Below the pieces are notes generated by a model. The model did not search any database. It saw only the letters and a program-made list of their open reading frames with translations, and had not been told where the DNA came from. A stretch of 46,228 nucleotides of DNA, from assembly GCA_000708835.1 (NCBI GenBank), contig DF237604.1:1-46228 (forward strand), written 5' to 3'. Numbering within the stretch: the first letter of the stretch is position 1; every line of letters begins with the position of its first letter. This DNA is from Klebsormidium nitens. Its lineage: Eukaryota > Plantae > Klebsormidiophyceae. The translations under genes and the position numbers were made by a program. Below, piece after piece: positions 21,565 through 33,000 of this stretch.

Positions 21565-24500
21565 GTGAGCAACAGAGCTTTTGGTGCTTTCAACAATGGA
21601 AGGTACTCTGCTGAATTGCCAGAATCCTCTTTCTAAGTATCAAACTAGGGTTTCATTTCATTCCAATTGCTGTAGGAGCCACGCAAACCAAGCCAGATAG
21701 ATCCATGCCACTTCGCGTTGAATCTTTTTCAGTTCCACCCAAAGTTGGACCAAGCCATAGGATTATGCTGCATATCCCAAGTTGCCAGGTGATGGCACCC
21801 TACAAGGTGTTGGTTTGGTTCTCAAAGCTCATGGCAGCCTATCACTCAGATGCAGTGGCTCAATTGCACAGCAGGCTGGTCATCATCCTGGTTCACTGAA
21901 CGTACAGGCTCAGTAGGTGCCGCCAGTCAGCGGGAAATCAAAAATATTGCATATTACCTAGCCCTCCAGTGCCGTTTGCATGCTTCAAGTAATCCGCTGG
22001 GAAGTATCCAGATTCGTATATTTCTGTCCAAGATCTATATTCCATCATCTTATTGGCGCAAGCTTGATACCTGAGCAAGCACATAAGAGAGTTCACCGAT
22101 CTTCACTTTTTCATTGGTCAGGTTCGCAAAGTTGCTGAGAGGGGCGCCAGCAGCATCGGCGCTCAGCATAATGAGGAGCGCATCATTGAGCTCCTTGCAG
22201 GGAGCAGCATGGGGACGGTCAGCATGGTCGGTTTGGAAAAGGAATGGAAAAATTTCCGAAGTGAGGCCATGCTGGGACCAGACCAAAAACAAGTTTGGCT
22301 GTCAGATGCAGACATGCTGATAGAGGATATCATGTTCAGGCATTTGTTGGACATGGAAAAGCTGCTTAAAGCGACAGAGAAGACGGAGCAAGAGAGCATG
22401 CGGTTGAAGGAGGAGTCCAAAATGGCAGCGAAGAATGCTGCAGAGAATGAGAAACTGAGGAGAAGCTTGGCGCAAGTCAGCAATGAGTTGAAGGCCGCAA
22501 CGGAAAGCCCAGGTACCTCTCAGGAGGCACTCAAGGTGAGGCGCTTCTATCCAGGCACTCTTGAAAATGTTATTGGGAATTTTTGTATAGAGGGCCAAGA
22601 CGTGCCAAGGCTTCTAAAGGGGCTAACAAACCTGCTTTTGGTGCAAGGATGCCGGGGGGTAGTGTCCACATAAATCTGACTTGCATCTAGCTCTGTCTTG
22701 CGGTTGGCGTCCCTTACTATGGGTCACCAACTTCTGACAGGATCTTCAAGTACTGACTGGCACAGGACGAGCAGATTTATCAACAGCAAGCGACAAGAAG
22801 CACTCCCTGAAGATGTCTGCCTTTCATGTATGAAGCTTATCTTTCGTCATCGTTACAAGCATTCAAGTGTTGCCTTCGAAGAGCAGATTCTGCCAAGCAA
22901 TTAGGACCCGCTAGATCATTTCAAGTACACTTCCTGGGTTGGATAGTCAGTTGTTGGGAGGTTGATGCACCTCTAATTCTTAATGACTCTAATGACTCTC
23001 CTTTCACTCCTGATCCCTGATCCCTTGCCATGCAGGACGCTAATGTGGAGATTAACCGTGGCATGCCGGCCCACATCTTGGAAAGGATGCTGAACGAGTT
23101 GCACGCCAAAGCAGGCCTGGCAAAGGAGAGCACGAAGTCTGATCATGAAAAGGCGGACCATCTGTACCCTAGGAGCTTTACGTGCCGCATCTGCTCCTGC
23201 ACGCTTGAGGACCCAGTCGTTGTGGAGACGGGGTACTCGTTCTGCCAGAAGTGCCTTGAACAGCATCTGCAAAGTGACACTCCTACGTGCCCAATCACAA
23301 GGAGGCCCATGAACACCAGGTGAGAATTTGTGCTTGTGTATGCCGAGCTTTTGCAGTCTTCCATCTGTTGCCTCCCTTCAAGCGCTGCCCTTTTCAGTTG
23401 AGTATCAGATGTTCTAGCTTTTCTTAAAATGGCACTTCATTCTTTTCGTTTCATAAGCTCGATTAGTTAGGCAATAGGTTGAAGGCTGGGAGGCTGACCC
23501 TACAGGAAGTCTGATTCAAGTTCTGATTGTATGTGCTACTTGCTTTTCATCCAGTCACCACCACCATTCCAGGAATCAAATGCCCCCATACACTGCTCTC
23601 ATGTGTCAGATTCCACAGCTTCATTGATGCGAGCCTCTCTGTGTTTTTGCAGCATTGTCATTAAAAACATCGACCTCCAACTTGCGATCACCAACTGGTG
23701 GGAGTGGCTGAGCGACTGGATCGGTCGTGAGCGCGCCTTGCTCTCATCTTTGAGGCCCTCCGACCCCCCTCGCTCCAATACCTCGTCCCCTCGTCATGAG
23801 AGGCATATCAACGGTCTTGTTGACGAGGATGCATCCAGCGCAGTCGATGCGGAGGTCACGAAGGACCACGATGTCGTGAGTGCGCTGTCAAACCTCTCGT
23901 TGGACGACGGGCTGAATGCGAAGGTGGCAATCGGAGCGGCGCAACTGACCAACCTCCTTCAGGCCCACCCGCAAAAGTGGAAGCAGATGTGTGGTGCTCA
24001 GGCGATTAAAGTAAGTAGACCTAAGCTGGCGCTTGAGTAAGCTTGGAACTAGCCTGACAGCACAAGCTCCTTTGAAGCATCTTTGTCCATGAGGGCCCGG
24101 TCGTCTTAGCATGGAGTAACAACATACTTGTGTTACATAGTAGAAATCCGGACAGATACACCGTCATTGTCGAATGTCTGGTCTTGGCTTGGACCGAGCA
24201 CGATGGAAAATTGGATTATGATTTCTTTGGACAACTCCCTTCGTTCGTCAGGAACATTGGCTTCAAGAAAGGTCTTTGAAGCTATGTAACAACTGCATCC
24301 TGCTGGAACTCGACCAGGCAATTTATACCTTTGATAGATTTGCTCCATACTTCGTCAGCCTCTAGCTTCTCTTTTCTCAAAGTATTGATGAACACTCGTA
24401 ACTTCCAGGAATGATTGCATCAGCCTTGAGCTCCCATTAAATCAAGTTTGAGACACTGATCTGTCTTGTTTCTTGATGAGCATCCAATTTTTACCTTGCA

Positions 24501-27500
24501 ACGGGCTGACTTGTGAGCTTGTATTCATCCGCAGCCTCTGGTTCGCATCCTCCGCATGAAAGGCCAGGTCCGGCTTTTCGGGATAACGGCCCTAGAAGCT
24601 ATGATGGCGGTTGCAGTGCGAGAAGCGTACGAGAACAACAATGAAGAAGCAGAAAAAGTAAGTACTGAGGGACTTTTGGACAATTCCCCTAGTGGAGTTG
24701 ATTGTCAGATCTGCGGTCCCCAAGAGGTTCTGGTTCGGAGTATCCTTTCAAAAGGAATTTCAAAGCTGCGAGGTCATTGTACCAAGCGATTTGATTGTGC
24801 CTCTTCGTATGGCGATCCTTGCAGCATCCAGCGAAGTCTCTTCATTTGCAACCCAAGAAACCCTTTTCGAATTCCTGGGGAGACCTCCTTGAAAATTCCG
24901 TACGTTCTCATCTACTTAATTGTTGCTCCATGACGCACTTAATCCAAGTCCATTCTGCAGCTCGTCCGGTTCCTGCCTAGGCGTGTGAGCTCCAGCCAGT
25001 CATCTCTGTCGTCATCTTCGTTGGTTCTCCCAATCTGCAACAACTGTTTCTGCTTGACAGGCCTGCGGAGAAATCATCGACGAGGCACGCGACAGCTTGC
25101 TTGAGCTTCTGTCAGACGAGAGCCCTGCCGTCAGAGCCAAGGCCGCAGAGACAATTGGACACTGTTTGGAAGTGCAGACGGTCGCGGTCCTGCTGGCAAA
25201 GCAAGAGAGACCGGGGCTGATCACCGGGCTCATGCATCTAAGCTTCGCAGAGGTGAGCACGTCCAAAGCAGCAGGTATGGTAATCTTTAACCTCATTGAC
25301 AGCACTGGGTTGTCAAGCCGCTACAACTACTTATGTTATCAGTTCCGATTTGGAGATTGCTCTTGCCTACCAGGAACAAGCGAAGAGACGAAAGATCGCC
25401 TTAGCCTACAGGAAGATTCATTCTGAAGTTCGTGCTTGACGCTTCCTCCGAAACCTCTAGGTTGGATCATCTACTTTGCGTCAAGATTCTTTTTATTCTT
25501 CCCATGAACCGTACGTCGAACGATGCCACTAAACGGAGCCAAACCCATAACAATCAAATGTGTCCCCATTGGAGATCAAACAGTCGACGTTAGCATTGAT
25601 TCTGGCCACCGGCCGACTGGTCAAAGTTGGGTGCGAATGAAACGGCTTTTGCACCTGATCATCGATCCGTAACTCACAATTGGTGGCCTTTCGTCTAAGG
25701 AGCGAAGTCGTGAGCGTCTGAAATTTACTAGGACGCGCTACTTGCTTGTGTAGTGCCTTCGTCCAGCATATCATATCCAACTTGTTCTGGAAGTTATAGA
25801 ATGTGCGAAACTGGCCATGCAGATTTGCAGTTGGGTATGAATCTTTTCGAAGAAATACGAATTATGAGTAACTTGTACCTTTGTTGTACCTAGGCCTCAC
25901 GAAATCTAGCCGTGTCTCAAACTTTAAGTTTGCCAAAGGGCTGCCTATCAACTGACCACGATCTTAGAATCCGCTCGACAGTCCCCAAAGTGTCTCTGGC
26001 CTGCATCGAGCGTTGCCTCAAGATCCAGCTTCTGCTTGTGCAGGATCTGCACGAGATGATGCACGGAGTCCACGGCCCAGCCACGATCGAAAGCGTGCGC
26101 GGCATCGGCCGCCGCGTGCTTTGCCAGCTGGCAAGAGTCGTCGTCACCAACCAGGCGCAGAGCGCCAAGCCAGCCACGGACCCCGCACCCGAGGACGTCG
26201 TCGATTGCCTCTGGAAGCTCGTCCACGACCCCTTCACGACGATCGAGGCTTTGCACATGCTCACGCGGCTCGCTCGCGGGGGCGCGTCCGGCCTTTCCGC
26301 GCCGTCGGTTGCGGAGGGCGCGCATGCAAGGACGGCTCTTCTCACGTACCTGTTGGGGCAGGCCGAGAGCAATAAGCCGCTCAGATTGCCTCTGGCGGAG
26401 TTCCTCTCCGGTTTGGCGGCGACCACGAGCAAGCCGGGTGACCTGCTTGAGACCGGGGGAGTCGACAAACTGTTGCGCCTCCTCCAAGTTTCCGTGAAGG
26501 AGATTGAAGCTGAACCGGGGGTTGCGGAAGGCTGGGCTTGCTTGTCATTCTTGGTGGATGTCCTCGCAACAACCTCTATGGGGGAAGGGGAAGGGGAGGA
26601 GGAGACGCAAGTGAGGTCGGCCGTTGAGAGACGGGATCTGTCGGTGGCAACTCTTCTGGAGCTATTGAAACTCACGATACAACAGTTCGTCCCAAGAGCA
26701 CGCTTCTTCGATCTCAGCTCTTCGCTTCAAGACTCCGTCCAAACTTTTCAAAGCTCCGCACTGCGTTGTGTCGGACTCCTCTCGGTTAGCGAGCCATTTT
26801 CGCGCTATTTCATCGAAGAGGGAGGAGTCGAGCTCATTTCCCAGGTCCTCGAGGCGGTCCGCTCGGCCGGCTTGCGCACCCGAGACTGCGCAAAGGCGCT
26901 CGCAGGGCTCATGGTGGCGTGCCCGGTAAAAGCGGAGGCGGCGCTCAAAAACTCCGTTGCGCTTCTGGGACTGTGCAAGATTCTAGACGGGGGGAAGGGA
27001 GACGAGCGACTCGCGGCCCTGGACGTCTTGAAATGGGTTGAGTCGACCACTAGCGTGGCTGAAAATCTGGAGCCGGCGTGGCTTTGTCCAGTAGGAGAGG
27101 AGTCGGCCAAGTGCCGGGCAGCCGGCGCGAAACTCTTTGACAAGCTTTCGAGTAGCTGGGGTGACCGGGTGAGAGTCCGAGTTTTGTGCCATTTTCCCAG
27201 CCCGCTTCGTTTTATCCATGCTTCGTGCGTCAGACCCGCGTCAGAAAGTTGCATGATTCTCGCATATTTGTCCTTCGGCATTGATAGCTTTTTTGCGCTG
27301 ATCTTGCACGCACTTCAGAATAATTTGGTGCCGCGCCCTGGCCAATCCCGTCCTTGGTAGGCAGGAACATCGGTTCTCCTCTTCGATCACGGATGCCTTC
27401 TTGTGGGGCCTATTCTTAGATGTACCGATAGTGGATTGTTGGAAACTTCGTTCCGAGCGTGTTGGATTAAGATATGGAGCGTAGGCTAATAATTGCGGCC

Positions 27501-30017
27501 ATCTCGATGACCGACTTGGCGGTTGCGTAGCAGGCTCTTTGACGTTTCTCGAACTGTCGTAGTCTCCTTTCAATCGGTGGTCTTAAGCCCTCTTCCGTTC
27601 TGGTCGGCGTGCACCGTTCCCCGTTCATCTCGTACATGTACCAAATTATCGGATCTTGTATCATACCAGACAAGCTGACTGAGCATGTGGTTTCTGCTGC
27701 AGGACACAGATGCGATCAGTGCAGCTCTTGACTTCCTCGCGGACGCCCACAAGCGCGGTCTTAGAGGCGGTCCCGCGGCGCACAGCGTTTTGCAAGCGGT
27801 CAAAACTCTCACCACCAACGTGCAAAACTGCACCGCGTTGTTGGGCGACGAGCACGGGGTAGACGTCCTTGTTCAGGTCGCCAAGCGATTGAAGATTCCA
27901 ACGGCCCAGATCATGATGCAGATCTGTGAGCGCATCCCGGACACTGCGGCTGCGGACAGCAGATTCGTGGCGGCCCTTGTAAGCTTGTTGGACGATCCGG
28001 ACGCTCGGAGCTTGGCCGCAGTCGCGCTGGACAAGCTAGCGTCCAGCGCTGCCAGTCTGGGAGGTCTGGCGGGGGGCAGAAACGAGCACGTCACAGTGCT
28101 GCTGAAGGCTGTTCCGCTAGCGAGGGCGGAAGACAAGGTCGTGTTGGTGCGCGTTCTCTGGCGGCTGTGCAAAGCGATCGGGGCGGCTGTTGCTGAGGCG
28201 GTTGTGAGCGGCGAGGGGGTAAAGATCATGTTCACGGCAGCGGGGACGCTGGAGGCGAGCGGGCGAACCGGAGACGCCGTGGTAAGTCGACCTTGGATCA
28301 GACCTTGAAAAACTGAATGCGTTTCTTGATCCTGTCCTTTTGTTGGTTCGTTCGGGTCTGTTGCCCTTTCTTTTGGTTGCCCGCCTGTGGGCTAGCCAGA
28401 AGGTTGTTGGCCGAGAGATTGCCGGCCTCATAATGAACGTTCGCTTAATCGTTCAATCGCTCAAACGCTCTCTGAGCGGATTGGACGAGAGTTTGAGAGG
28501 GGCATAACGTACAGTCTCGCGACACATGTAAGAGGGAAAGGCTAGGATGCGGCTCAATTATGCAGCCGGTGAGTTTGAGAACAATCGGAATAACAAGACA
28601 CTTAATTCGGGAATGCTTCGAGCCCCTTCCGTTTTCGGAACTTTCGAATCCTTCTTCTTGGGTGATCTCCTTTTGTCGTCTCTTCTTCCGGATTGGGTAT
28701 TCTTGCACATGTCCTGAAGCTGGACATGCTTTACTTGGGATAGAAGTCATCACACACTCACCTTTTGGCTTGAAACCCAGAAAGACCGTGTTGACGAGTC
28801 GTACAGATGTGTCTTACCCTCTTTGCGCATATTTTTTGGCCGACAGTTCGAGAATGCTCCTTACCAAAGCCAGGAACAAGCGGACATCTGGACCCGTCCA
28901 GTCATGATTACGTGAAGGCGAGCACCTTCCTCAAGGATGCAAGTCGGCAAGACCGAAGTCAAACTTGCTCCCTTCACCCTTTGCAGGCATGTCTCGTGGC
29001 GATTTACAACCTGAAGGTCCCGTCGACGGACCTGGGCAGAGATATTGTCGCCGCCGGCGCCACCACTTTTCTGGTCAACCTTTTGGAAGCCAGCGTCGAC
29101 AGAAGTGTAGAGGATAGGACCGTGCGTTACGCTATGTACTTCCTGGGGTGCGCTGCAGATGCGGACCCGGACGCCTGCATAGACGCAGGACTCGTGAGGG
29201 CACTCGGGACGTACCTGGAGATAACGAAGGGGAAGGAACAGTGCACCCTTGTGGGGATAGGTGAGAAAGGGAAGATTTTGGCGCATGCTTTTGCCTCTTC
29301 CAAGAGCTCCAACAAACATGCACTCTCTTCTACTCAGAAAAACGAACTGAAGCAGGGCAGCCTTGGGCTGCGGCTCTTTGAAGTAGATTGAGCAACTTTC
29401 GGCTTTCTCAAAAATCAAAGTAATCCCTTTCTTTTGCAGTCAATGCAAGAGATTTGGGTAGATCAATTCTTACTCGGAACAGGATGTCCGAGAGACTCAT
29501 GTTGAGGGAAAGAGAAGTGCGGCAATAGAAACATAAGTGAAGTGATAGACTTGAATGTAAACCTGAGCATTGCAAGCCCAAAGAAGAAAGAGATTCTCTG
29601 GACAAAATGATGAAGAAAGAGCGGAAGTCGACATGTTAGCCGCAATGGAACAGCAATAAGAATCTTTCCTGGTGATTGTTCGTTTCGTTTAATCCAGCTA
29701 GTGAGCACTTGAAGCTCCTTTTCAATGCAGAACTGATCGCTGCCCTTGTAAGCAGTGAGCGTGCCAAGACGGCTATTGTCAAAACTAGCGCAGCGGCGCA
29801 CTGTGCGGACTTGATGAAAGGAGGCAAGCGGTGCCGGGCGAAAGCGCCGAACAGCCCGTGCGAAGGGGTCTGTGTTGCCGAGGCCACACGGTTAACGGAA
29901 GAGCTTGCAAGACCGAGAAGCAAGGTGCTTTTCTTGACTCTTTGAATTCCAAGACTTTGTTTTTTCTGCGACCTCCTTGCTTACTTGCAGCTAGTGGAGA
30001 GTAAGGTCCAAAGTTGA
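21088..30017 (+). CDS. Gene B: four-helix-bundle/UND + U-box/RING + ARM-repeat protein (plant U-box E3 ligase-like), 11 exons, about 1348 aa
   Basis: Exons 21088-21564, 22122-22535, 23036-23319, 23653-24010, 24535-24657, 25061-25252, 26044-27168, 27703-28281, 28987-29260, 29731-29924, 29991-30017. GT-AG introns, compatible phases, 4047 nt in total. U-box-like segment RSFTCRICSCTLEDPVVVETGYSFCQKCLEQHLQSDTPTCPITRRPMNTSIVIKNIDLQLAITNWWE. ARM/HEAT-like units include AIKPLVRILR, LLELLSDESPAVRAKAAETIG, ETGGVDKLLRLL, EEGGVELISQVL, AAGATTFLVNLL. The last exon is the least certain. Confidence 0.82.
23168..23700 (+). other. U-box/RING hybrid domain of gene B (split by intron 23320-23652)
   Basis: CRIC (23183-), ETGY in place of the RING C-x-H, CQKC (23243-23254), CPIT (23288-), then the U-box C-terminal helix IKNIDLQLAITNW. 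Confidence 0.85.
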
Positions 30018-33000
30018 AAGCCTCTCGAGAAGCTCCTAATTCGCAGCTTTCTTGATGGGTTGTCCTGGATTACTTGCCGACTTTCGTATTTGGGCACTCG
30101 GAAAGCGAAGGACCGAGACCTTGGGCTGTGTGCCGACATGGACGCGTTCACTGCAATGGATTAGGAGAAGCGCAGTTACTTCCAGAAGCTTGGTAGCCAA
30201 AGCGTTAAAAATTATAGAAAAGTACTTAGCTATTTGGTTTTTTTTTGCAGTCCTCGTGGCGCGGCACACTCGGACGAGTCAGCTCCACGTCTTAGGGCCT
30301 ACCATGCAAAAGTCTGGCGGGATTAGCCATGCCGGATATCTGCAGGCGATTATTGGGTCGAGCTTCACGAGGAACTCTCAAAGCATCGTCGTCAAGTAGC
30401 TTTATTTGACAGTCACATCAATCATATATCTATTCTTGTGTGTCCATTGAAGGCGTCAAGGTTACAATCAGTAATAAGGATAAAGGAAGGTAGCAAGCTC
30501 TAGTTGTACATGATAAAAGGAGATTACGTATTGCCGTGCACTAACTATTGACTAGCCGCTTTCAGGTTCTAGTTGGGCGGTCTAGGATTGTGGATAGGCT
30601 AACTGCGAAGAAGTTGATAGGATAGAGAACTTCAGAGCCGATGAAAACAGCTTCAGGCTAAGTTTTGGCTTATTGGCAGTAAACTCGTGTATACGCTGAC
30701 CGCTCAAGTCGCTCATGATGCACGCTGTGCAAAAAAGAGACATGTCACTTCCGTACACTTGCCAGCCAGAAGACGATCATGTCCGCACATGACGTGTTCC
30801 AAATTTCAAAGTCGCTGTTAAAGCCCATGCACACATGTATACTCATGAGCGTTCAGCTCATTCTGGACCATCGTTTGAAGTGTGTCGCGAATCTGATGCA
30901 CATGGAGCTGTGCATATACATCCTCTTACATGTACAAGAGTATGTATTGCATCAACCATTGCGTACGTCGCAAATTCCACGAATATGACTCATTGATCGA
31001 GGACATGGGCATGAGCCGCGTGGTTTTGATCAGCTCTCCCATGATTCAAGTTGAAGTATCGGGCATTTTTATTAATGCACAGAATTTGGCCGGACGCTAT
31101 GATTCATAACTGGATATAGCTGAACTTCTATGGCGTCTGTGTCGAATCATGTTTTGGGGGAATGAAAGGAGGCAGTTTCCGCGTCGGACGGCCGGCAATC
31201 TTGAGGGGATTCTGGCCCTTTGATGTCCACTCGCATGTGTATTTTTCTGATGGGACATGGAGTTATGGTGACGCGGCCATCTTATACATTCAAGCCTGTC
31301 AGCTGTGACATGTGATGCATGTCACAGCTGAAGGGCAGATTGAATGCAATTGTACGGTCGCTGTTACTTCTGCACGTTGACAAGCCACTGGAGAAAGATT
31401 CAAGCGAGGAGCGACCTTCCTTCTGTTTGACTCAAGCCTGCGGGCTTTATAGCAATCGAGGATAGCTTCATCACACTCTGCTAGAATCCATTTTAGAAAA
31501 GCCGCCCCGGGCGCACAGTGTCTCTTCTTATAGCCTGGCCTTGATTCATGCCAACCGGGCCCCCCAGAACTCTCAGACCCCTTAACCAGGCCGTACGTAA
31601 CTAGAAGATTTTCAAGTGATAGTGCTCGGCTGCCCGCGCGCCCAGACAATCGAGTCAGCTCGCTCTCGGTGTACCAGAAAAGAAGGTATTAATGCGGCTC
31701 ACAGGCTGGTAGTGATGTTCAGCAAGACGCACAGACAATGGAAACAAAGTGGATAAGTCCCCGATAAGTCATGTAGGGTCGATGAAAGAGGACGTTTTTG
31801 AAGGATATCGCCAAGTCGACCGCCAGGTCCAAAACAAGGCTCCAAGGCCCAAAGTGCTTCGTCGGAATCGTCGAACAGGGGAATAGGCAGGCACTGCCGT
31901 ATCGGGTCGTCTCTGCCCGATTGCTCGACAGGCCCTCAGGCCCCCTCAGATTTAACGCCAATCTTTGCTGGTCCCATTTTTGTCTTCCTAGAACAGTCGA
32001 GACTGCGCCCTTGAGTAAAGCTTCGGCCAATGCAAAGCGTCCTTCACGCATGCTCTGGTGCTTTCAAAATCGGGCTATCTGCCTGTTGCGGTGGCAGCTC
32101 ATTGAAGCTGGGAGGGGAATTGCGTTCTTGCAGGGGCTTGGGCAGCTTCAGTTCAACAATTTTGTGCAACTTCTCTCGGCTGCATAATTATTAAGGTGGA
32201 ACGGTGCCTCCGACCGCTCTTGACTTCTCGAGACGAACCTTGCAGGACTGGAGTACTTTGGTTGGAGGACTGGAAAACGCCCGCGCCGACACCGGAATGG
32301 CCAGACGATTCCGTGTCGAATTCCTACGTCCACGTTGCCTGAAAGAAACTATGGCACGCGCGGACGACGTGCCGCCAGCTTTTCGAAGAGGCCCTGTCGA
32401 AAAAGGAACCGCCACGCTTTTCCGCAGCAAGGCGAGCCGAGTCGTGTCTCATCAGGGCCTGGCCGACCGTTCGAGCGCTTGCTTCTGTACCTTAACACCA
32501 CTTCCGGAGCAGCCACTGTAAATCAGAGCACCGGTTTGAGCCCTCACCTCACGTCCGACAAGCGGAGTAGAAAGTCCCGAAATCTGCCCTGCCTACGTTC
32601 TCACCGGGTGTTTTGGTGCTAGTATTGAAGTTTGTGTTGAACAACAGTTCTCAAAGTGCAACTCATTCCAATTGCCGAAAACAACCAACGATCTCTGTGG
32701 AACTGTCGCTCACGCGCTGCCTAGGACGTTCAGTCCAAGCTTGCAGCGGTGCGACTCGACAGGCCAATCATGAGCACGGCCCTGCCAAAGAGCAGGAAGC
32801 GTTGCTCGCTATAAGTTGCCCCATGGATTCGTATGCGGTGTGATCGGATGGATGAGGCCGTCCTGGCAATCGGCAACGGAGTGCAGAAATTTGAATTGGC
32901 TGGGACGCAGCTAAGATTGGTGTCGCTGCCGTCGATGTTTTGATGTCAGCGCCGCTCCGCACTCGCTCTTGTCCGAGGGTATCGTCTTGATTGGCCAAAA

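Noticed and set aside
21676-21788. Possible extra gene B exon (EPRKPSQIDPCHF...)
   Set aside because: Exon 1 joins 22122 in phase without it, and it has no domain similarity. It needs transcript evidence.
25917-26675. Long antisense or alternative-frame ORFs over coding exons (for example 25917-26675 -, 40585-41283 -, 42707-43341 -, 11664-12230 +, 41998-42693 +)
   Set aside because: These are shadow ORFs of GC-rich exons. They have no recognisable motifs, and the opposite frame carries the conserved domains.
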